From a virus, in the IMG/VR virus record IMGVR_UViG_3300009999_000002: DNA of 64,000 bases; one strand, 5' to 3'. The position numbers and the translations under genes are program-made. Under the pieces are notes generated by a model. That model searched no databases. It had not been told where the DNA came from and saw only the letters and a list, made by a program, of their open reading frames with translations. Below are positions 58,143 through 64,000 of the stretch, piece after piece (position 1 is the first letter of the stretch; every line of letters begins with the position of its first letter).

Positions 58143-59234
58143 TCATTTCTTGTTTTTGGCAAGGAATTTTGGCTTCCGGATAGTCATCATGTTGCGACGG
58201 AAAATGACATCCTTTAGCTTCTCAATGAGCTTAGCAGAACCAAATACAAGTGGGATGACAGCCTTCACAGTATCCAAGTCAATCTCACTTCCGCTTGCTT
58301 GAGGATGACCTCCGCCACCAAAGTGACTGGCAACATCTTTGCCGAGATGGATATCCTTCTTAGTCGTTCGGTAAGAAACACGTTTTGCTCCAAGATCGAT
58401 CATTACGATGAAGTCTAGGTCTGGATTTTGAGCTGACAACTCATTCCCTAACTCACTGATATAGCGTTCTGCAAAGACTAAACCTGCTTTGCGACCAGTG
58501 ATCTTAGTGACGATCATCTGCTTACCTTTCCGTTCGATGTAGTCAAGCTTGCTTTGATGATCCATTTCTAGAATGACTCGATCATCCTTCTCAAGCATCC
58601 CAATCCAACTTCCTCCGGCTACAACTCCGTGAGACAGGTTGAGCAGTCGGTCAGTGAACTTGTCTGCAAACTTCTCAGCTCCGATAAGCCACATTAAATC
58701 ATTGAGTGCTAGTGCTTCAGTATCGTCATTGTAATGAGTACGCCATTCCCATGAATCATATCGACGAACCTTTTCTACGAATACTTCGAGCGGATCGGAG
58801 TAGATTTCACCTTTAAAGTATCCACCTTCTGATACAAGGTAATCGTACAGCATATTCGTTCCGCTATTCTTGCCACGATGTCCATACTCGGCTACTAATG
58901 CCCAGTCATTCTCATTTAAATGCATTGCTGTAGGATGATGATCGAGTAGCTTAAATTCGACATCAGATGTCTTGACGCAGTCATTAATCAACTCTTCTAC
59001 TTCCTTATTGACTGAGATGTCTGTGATCAATACTAGATCAAACCGCTTGTATTCTTCGCTGACAATGAAGTTCTTAACCTCTTCGTTGATAGCGTCATAA
59101 CCGCAATATACTACAGTAACGTCCTCAAATCCTACTCGTGATACGATACCTGATCCGACTCCATCTAAGTCGTTGTGCGAGAAGTGCATTACCTTTAAAT
59201 CTGCGTTTTCGTGTTTCATTTCTAGTTCCTCCAA
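58143..59234 (-). CDS. DHH/DHHA1 phosphoesterase (nanoRNase-like)
   Basis: HNDLDG, ITDIS, LDHH and GGGGHPQASG motifs. Confidence 0.9.
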   Translation of the reverse strand: MEELEMKHENADLKVMHFSHNDLDGVGSGIVSRVGFEDVTVVYCGYDAINEEVKNFIVSEEYKRFDLVLITDISVNKEVEELINDCVKTSDVEFKLLDHHPTAMHLNENDWALVAEYGHRGKNSGTNMLYDYLVSEGGYFKGEIYSDPLEVFVEKVRRYDSWEWRTHYNDDTEALALNDLMWLIGAEKFADKFTDRLLNLSHGVVAGGSWIGMLEKDDRVILEMDHQSKLDYIERKGKQMIVTKITGRKAGLVFAERYISELGNELSAQNPDLDFIVMIDLGAKRVSYRTTKKDIHLGKDVASHFGGGGHPQASGSEIDLDTVKAVIPLVFGSAKLIEKLKDVIFRRNMMTIRKPKFLAKNKK

Positions 59235-59258
59235 TGTAGTAAGTTTGTATTTGATTGA

Positions 59259-59555
59259 TTAGACAGCTTTACGACGTTTGCCGAGTGATTGACGCATTGA
59301 TTCACGACGCTCAGCTCGAGCTTCGAGTACCTCTTCAGAAGGCAAGAACTTGCCATCTTGTTGAATTAACTGGCGCTGACGACGAATTGATTCCGGAAGA
59401 GTAGCTTTCATCAGGAATGTCTTTGCTCCTGATTGATTAAGGTCAACACCGTCAACCTCTTTCCAATACAAGACAAACAACAACTTATCGTCTGCCCGTG
59501 CTTCTTCGTGTTTTGCCAACAGTGCTTCTACGTTTTCTCGAATTGTCTTTTTCAT
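59259..59555 (-). CDS. Hypothetical phage protein
   Basis: AGGAGG RBS; PESIRRQRQLIQ motif. Confidence 0.7.
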   Translation of the reverse strand: MKKTIRENVEALLAKHEEARADDKLLFVLYWKEVDGVDLNQSGAKTFLMKATLPESIRRQRQLIQQDGKFLPSEEVLEARAERRESMRQSLGKRRKAV

Positions 59556-59617
59556 GATTAATAATTCCTCCTATTATTGGTATGTATTATGGTGGGGAGA
59601 TTGCTCTCCCCGATTGA

Positions 59618-59920
59618 TTAGATTAGTCCACGTTGTGAAAGGATACGTTTTACACTTGTCTGACCTACGCCAGAATAGCGATCGATAACCGACCCATCTT
59701 CAGCGAGAAGAATGAGTGTCGGAGTTTTCATGATTTCATGATCTCCGGCAAGCTCCATGACGGCATCCTCGTCAGAAGAGATTAACTCTCCTGTTGATCC
59801 GACGATTGTCCCTTGAGAGATGTTGATCGTCTCATCAGCTTTGACGCCTAGTTCTCCAAGGAAGTTCTCAAGCATCTTGCATGGAGTACAGTTTGTTTGT
59901 TCGAATTTGATTAATTTCAT
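59618..59920 (-). CDS. Thioredoxin/NrdH-like redoxin
   Basis: CTPC active site and TPTLIL cis-Pro motif; downstream of nrdF. Confidence 0.85.
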   Translation of the reverse strand: MKLIKFEQTNCTPCKMLENFLGELGVKADETINISQGTIVGSTGELISSDEDAVMELAGDHEIMKTPTLILLAEDGSVIDRYSGVGQTSVKRILSQRGLI

Positions 59921-59958
59921 AAGATCACCTTTTCAATGTTATTTGCAATACTTTTGTT

Positions 59959-61068
59959 TTATACAAGTTCATCAGAGAGATTGGGGAACTGGAAGTCCGC
60001 ATCTCCGAGTGGACGGTGTTTTGCTTTCTGATATGCACTCTTAGTAGAGAAGAAGTCATTCGTTTCTGTCTCAGTGCTAAGACCATTGAGTACGATTGGG
60101 TTGATGCGATGCTCTTTGTAGACTGGATCTTTACCCAAGTTCATCATTGCTTTGTTCGCATTGTACTCAAGGAATCGTTTCACTTCATGATCCATGCCAA
60201 TGTGAGCATAAATCGTTTCAGTGTACTTGTATTCGTTCTCCATGAGTTCTTCAAGACTAGCTTGAGTCTCATAGTCAACTTCAGACTGCTCTTGAGGAGT
60301 AAGCTCACGGTAGAGTTCCTGAGCCAATAGTCCAACGTATACACCGTGGATTGATTCGTCTTCAATGATTTTCTTAACGATCTGTCCGCTTGCTACCATC
60401 TTGCCGTTTCCGGATAGATATAGTGGGAGGAAGAATCCGCTATAGAATAAGAATGATTCGAGCATTACTGAAGCCATCATAGCCAAGTACAGAGACTTCT
60501 TATCTGTGATGTTTTCGTAGTAATGAGAGACATGCTCCGCTTTGAATTGAAGCTGAGGATTGTCCTCGACCCATTCGAATGCTTGATCAATTTCGATTTC
60601 GCTATCGATCAATGTAGTGAAGATCGTAGAGTAAGACTTAGCATGAATGTTCTCCATCATTCCCATGAATGAAAGAACTGCCTTGCGTTGAGGATCTTCA
60701 ACATGCTCTGCAATCTTAGGCATCCCGACTGTTCCCTGCTTCGTATCAAGAAGTGTCAGTCCGGCTAGAACACGTTTGTATGCTTCTTTCGTCTCTTCGT
60801 CTAAACGACTCCAGACAACTTTGTCTTTTGTAGGAGAGAATTCAGTATCAATCCACATCTGACTTAAGTTCTGCTCCCAGAAGCTCTGAGTGAATGAATC
60901 CGTCTCTCGGTTCCAGTTCACGGCTTTATGGATTCGTGGAGCCTCATGCTGACCAACGTACTCACGAGTTTCAATGATTTCTGATACTACTCCTTCAGTT
61001 GGCGTTCCATTCTGAAGGTATCCATATGATTGCTTTGGTGCAACAGCGTTGAGTAATGGCTTAGTCAT
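59959..61068 (-). CDS. nrdF: Class Ib ribonucleotide reductase beta subunit
   Basis: LTLLDT, ENIHAKSY, ESFLFYSGF and DESIHG; ATG 61068 behind GGAAGGTG. Confidence 0.95.
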   Translation of the reverse strand: MTKPLLNAVAPKQSYGYLQNGTPTEGVVSEIIETREYVGQHEAPRIHKAVNWNRETDSFTQSFWEQNLSQMWIDTEFSPTKDKVVWSRLDEETKEAYKRVLAGLTLLDTKQGTVGMPKIAEHVEDPQRKAVLSFMGMMENIHAKSYSTIFTTLIDSEIEIDQAFEWVEDNPQLQFKAEHVSHYYENITDKKSLYLAMMASVMLESFLFYSGFFLPLYLSGNGKMVASGQIVKKIIEDESIHGVYVGLLAQELYRELTPQEQSEVDYETQASLEELMENEYKYTETIYAHIGMDHEVKRFLEYNANKAMMNLGKDPVYKEHRINPIVLNGLSTETETNDFFSTKSAYQKAKHRPLGDADFQFPNLSDELV

Positions 61069-61543
61069 TGACGGACACCTTCCAACCTTTATGAGTTTTC
61101 TGCTCACCTGAGAGGAGGCGTTCTACTGCTTCCATGTCAAGATCGTTTTCAGATACGAATGCTTCTAGATCTTCGACTTCGATTGGATCAGCATCTTTGA
61201 ATGAAGCCGTGTAGGTTGTCTTAACGGGTACTTCTGTGTCGACTTCTTCTGTCGATGCAACTGACAGCTCTTCTGGAGCTTCTTCCGGAGCCGGAAATTC
61301 GTCAATTGGTTCTGCTTGAGGTAATTCCTCTACAGGAGCTAGTTGAGACTCATCGATGCAGTCACCTTTTGCAACTTCGCTCTCTTTAAATACTTGCTCT
61401 TTGCCATTCGCCAAGAACTTCACTCGGCAATATTGTACCGTCTCGCCATTTTCGTTTTGTAGGCTGAATCGATTGATGATGTTATACGATTGTCCTTGTT
61501 TATTAATCTTCAAATTATGTTCCTCCGATATCTTGATACTCAA
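61061..61543 (-). CDS. Hypothetical protein between nrdE and nrdF, resembling a homing-endonuclease remnant
   Basis: C-terminal LLSGEQKTHKGW (NUMOD-like), acidic central linker, no visible nuclease motif. The exact start is uncertain. Confidence 0.5.
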   Translation of the reverse strand: MSIKISEEHNLKINKQGQSYNIINRFSLQNENGETVQYCRVKFLANGKEQVFKESEVAKGDCIDESQLAPVEELPQAEPIDEFPAPEEAPEELSVASTEEVDTEVPVKTTYTASFKDADPIEVEDLEAFVSENDLDMEAVERLLSGEQKTHKGWKVSVND

Positions 61544-61616
61544 GAGGTCTTTTCATTTCCCCTTCGACCTCTTTATCGTATCATTTGTTTATTTTAATTG
61601 CAATACTTTTGTTTAG

Positions 61617-63710
61617 TTAAACTGAGCAAGATAAGCATTCTTCTTGTGAAGAAGTCTTAGTCCGAGTGTAGTAAAGAGTTTTCAGGTTCCGCTTGTGGGC
61701 ATAGATGTAATAACGAGCAAGATCACCGTCAGTAATCGTATTGCCGTCTACGAACAGCGTTGTTGAAATCGACTGATCGACGTGTTCCTGAATGACAGAG
61801 ATAAGGTCAATGACTTTGAACATATCCATGTCATATGCTTCTTTAAAGTAGAAGAAGTTAGACGCATCCATGAATGGCATCGGGTAGTGAGTCGTGCTAT
61901 CGCCATACTTACGAGTCTCAATCTTCTCTGTGATCGGCATGACGCCCTGCGTACTGTTCTGAACATAACTGATTGATCCTGTCGGAGCAATAGCCATCAA
62001 GTAAGCTGAGAAGATTCCGTACTTCTTGATCGATACAATAAGCTTCGCCCAGTCTTCTTGAGTTGGAATATACATTCCTTCAAAGAGCTTTTGTGCTTTC
62101 TCTGACTTAGGAGCATAGCTCTTCTCGACATACTTGCTGAGGATCGTACCTTTTGCATATTCAGACTTCTCAAAGCCTTCAAACGCACCGTACTCCATAG
62201 CAATCTCATTACTCCGCTTCAATGCATAGAAACGCATCATCATGAAGAATGTATTGGCGAAGTCTCGAGCAATCTTGCTCTCATATCCAATTCGGTTCTT
62301 GGCAAGATACCCATGAAGATTCATAGCTCCTAGACCGATCGAGTGGAACGCATCGTTGGCTTTCTTGACTGAAGGCACCTCGGTGATATCAGTCTTACGT
62401 GTCACGGTAGTCAATGCATCGACAGCCACGGTAATCGCACTCTCGAAGTCTTTGTTTTCCATGATGCTAGCGATATTGACTGATCCCAAGTTACAAGAGA
62501 TATCGTATCCAAACGTATCAACGCCTTTGTATGACTGGATGTCAGAAGGAGTTTGCAACTGCATGATCTCAACGCAAAGATTGGACATCTTGATGTCTCC
62601 GATATCTTTGAGCATGTGAGTTTTGTTGGCAACGTCACGGTTCATGATATAAGGATATCCAGATTCAATCTGAGTACGACCAATCTCTTCGAAGAACGAA
62701 CGTGCCTCTCCCATCGGCTTCTTGCGAACGTTAGGGTTGTTGATCAGTTTCTCGTACCACTCATCCATATTCATGTCATCGAGATGAATACCGTACTCTT
62801 TAAAGACTGTATAAGGATAGAATGAGAACCACTCTTCTCCGTTTTCAGCTAATTCGTACAGCTTGCTCGGAATGATTACACCAACTGAAAGTGATTTAAG
62901 ACGCTCTTTCTCATCTGCATTAATCCGCTTCGTAGCAAGGATTGCTTTTGAATCAGAGTGGAATGCATTGACGTAGATCGCTCCTGCGCCTTCACGCTGA
63001 CCAAGCTGATTAAACTTAGACAAGATGTCCTCAAGGATTTTAGCAATACCTACGATAGAAGTAGATGCTCCTTGAATACCTTTGATCTCATCTCCAAGAC
63101 TACGGAGCTTAGAAAGGTTGACTGCTACTCCACCGCCAAAACGTGATAATTGGGCAACGGCTTCGTTTACATACATGATCCCTTCTGTACTGTCCGGCAT
63201 CTCGAGTAGGAAACAAGATACTAAGCGACCTGCCCGTGAACGTCCGGCATTCAGGAATGTAGGAGTTGCAGGCTGATAATTCTGTTTGATGAGCTGATCC
63301 GCAATCTTTTTAGCGAGATTAAAGTCTCCATCTGCTAAGAACAATGCATTGACAGCTAATCGATCTTCGTACCGCTCCAAGAATCGCTCTCCATCATTTG
63401 TTTTGAGAGCGTAGTTATTATAGAACTTGAATGCACTCATGAATGATTGGAAGCGGAATTTGTGTTGATACAAGATGTTGAAGATCTCTTCAACTTGACT
63501 GAATTCGTACTTATCAAACAGCTCTTTGTCATAATAGTCATTGTTGACCATGTACTTGATTCGCTCTTCGAGATCATGGAAGAACTGTACATTCTTATTT
63601 ACATGCTCGAGGAAATAGGTCTTTACGGCTTCCTTATCCTTTTCGAATTGGAATTGACCATCCTCACCTTTAATTTTTACTTCGTTATTTAGCTCGATCC
63701 ATTTTGACAA
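61617..63710 (-). CDS. nrdE: Class Ib ribonucleotide reductase alpha subunit
   Basis: PATPTFLNAG, VSCFL, SNLCVE, APTGSISY and C-terminal CLSC; no ATP cone, no intein. Confidence 0.97.
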   Translation of the reverse strand: MSKWIELNNEVKIKGEDGQFQFEKDKEAVKTYFLEHVNKNVQFFHDLEERIKYMVNNDYYDKELFDKYEFSQVEEIFNILYQHKFRFQSFMSAFKFYNNYALKTNDGERFLERYEDRLAVNALFLADGDFNLAKKIADQLIKQNYQPATPTFLNAGRSRAGRLVSCFLLEMPDSTEGIMYVNEAVAQLSRFGGGVAVNLSKLRSLGDEIKGIQGASTSIVGIAKILEDILSKFNQLGQREGAGAIYVNAFHSDSKAILATKRINADEKERLKSLSVGVIIPSKLYELAENGEEWFSFYPYTVFKEYGIHLDDMNMDEWYEKLINNPNVRKKPMGEARSFFEEIGRTQIESGYPYIMNRDVANKTHMLKDIGDIKMSNLCVEIMQLQTPSDIQSYKGVDTFGYDISCNLGSVNIASIMENKDFESAITVAVDALTTVTRKTDITEVPSVKKANDAFHSIGLGAMNLHGYLAKNRIGYESKIARDFANTFFMMMRFYALKRSNEIAMEYGAFEGFEKSEYAKGTILSKYVEKSYAPKSEKAQKLFEGMYIPTQEDWAKLIVSIKKYGIFSAYLMAIAPTGSISYVQNSTQGVMPITEKIETRKYGDSTTHYPMPFMDASNFFYFKEAYDMDMFKVIDLISVIQEHVDQSISTTLFVDGNTITDGDLARYYIYAHKRNLKTLYYTRTKTSSQEECLSCSV

Positions 63711-63713
63711 ACT

Positions 63714-64000
63714 TCATCTTCCCTTCAATAGTTCTTTGATTTTGGTTGCTACTAAAGCAACATCGGAATCAAAACCTGACTTTTCGAAGGTATGAAGCAA
63801 AGGTACGTTGAACTGATTTGAGATATCTATAGATGCCTTGCAGAATCTATGAGTTCCCCAGTTGCGCTCTCCGCTTCCTGCGACAGCTATGATGTTGTCA
63901 CCGCATCTCTGCATGAACCCTTGGACTTCTCGAGGAATATCTCCGGAGCCAAACGTATAAGTGATCAGTATGAACGGATCGTTAATCGTCGTGTCTCTGT
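63714..64000 (-). CDS. nrdI: Flavodoxin-like NrdI (partial, start beyond right edge)
   Basis: FILITYTFGSGDIP...AGSGERNWG...FEKSG. Confidence 0.92.
   Translation of the reverse strand, partial: RDTTINDPFILITYTFGSGDIPREVQGFMQRCGDNIIAVAGSGERNWGTHRFCKASIDISNQFNVPLLHTFEKSGFDSDVALVATKIKELLKGR

Larger units (their letters stand above)
1167..61613. promoter_or_regulatory. Dispersed 15-bp motif AACAAAAGTATTGCA, about 25 copies
   Basis: Plus strand: 3181, 5567, 5838, 7027, 8257, 16963, 18011, 18105, 21621, 22510, 22588, 32213, 33378 (variant), 33455, 35696, 43316, 47460 (variant), 47535, 52447, 56155. Minus strand: 1167, 57829, 58064, 59944, 61599. Confidence 0.92.

Noticed and set aside
59959..61068. 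Metal-free class Ie NrdF
   Set aside because: All canonical carboxylate/His ligands and the radical Tyr motif are present, so it is ordinary class Ib.
61617..63710. Intron or intein in nrdE/nrdF, as in SPbeta
   Set aside because: Both ORFs are continuous and of normal length.

Overview
This window is 64 kb of a large temperate siphophage genome from a low-GC Firmicute host, with SPbeta/c-st-like gene order; it is probably a phage-plasmid. Left to right: a leftward metallophosphoesterase and PcrA/UvrD helicase. Next is a replication/control region (3.2-6.6 kb) with an iteron + DnaA-box origin, a Rep gene with a long structured leader and a probable antisense RNA, a LexA-type box, a duplicated 41-bp-period palindrome array and a second wHTH gene. 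Then come regulators, HU and a tRNA cluster (Asn, Trp, Thr, Tyr, Arg plus two tRNA-like oddities). A rightward morphogenesis/lysis block follows: terminase, portal, protease/scaffold, capsid, tail tube, a 3014-aa repeat adhesin, holin, HNH, tyrosine recombinase, tape measure, baseplate/fibre genes and two GH25 endolysins. The window ends in a converging leftward block with RusA, a DHH phosphoesterase, thioredoxin and class Ib RNR (nrdI-nrdE-x-nrdF). The three most striking signals are: (1) an asymmetric 15-bp motif AACAAAAGTATTGCA found about 25 times, at gene boundaries and almost always co-oriented with transcription (stoperator-like); (2) a baseplate protein fused to a flagellinolysin-like HExxH metallopeptidase; (3) two copies of a three-unit palindrome array whose 8-nt spacers are circularly permuted. 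All protein calls come from motif recognition and gene context by eye; no database search was run.
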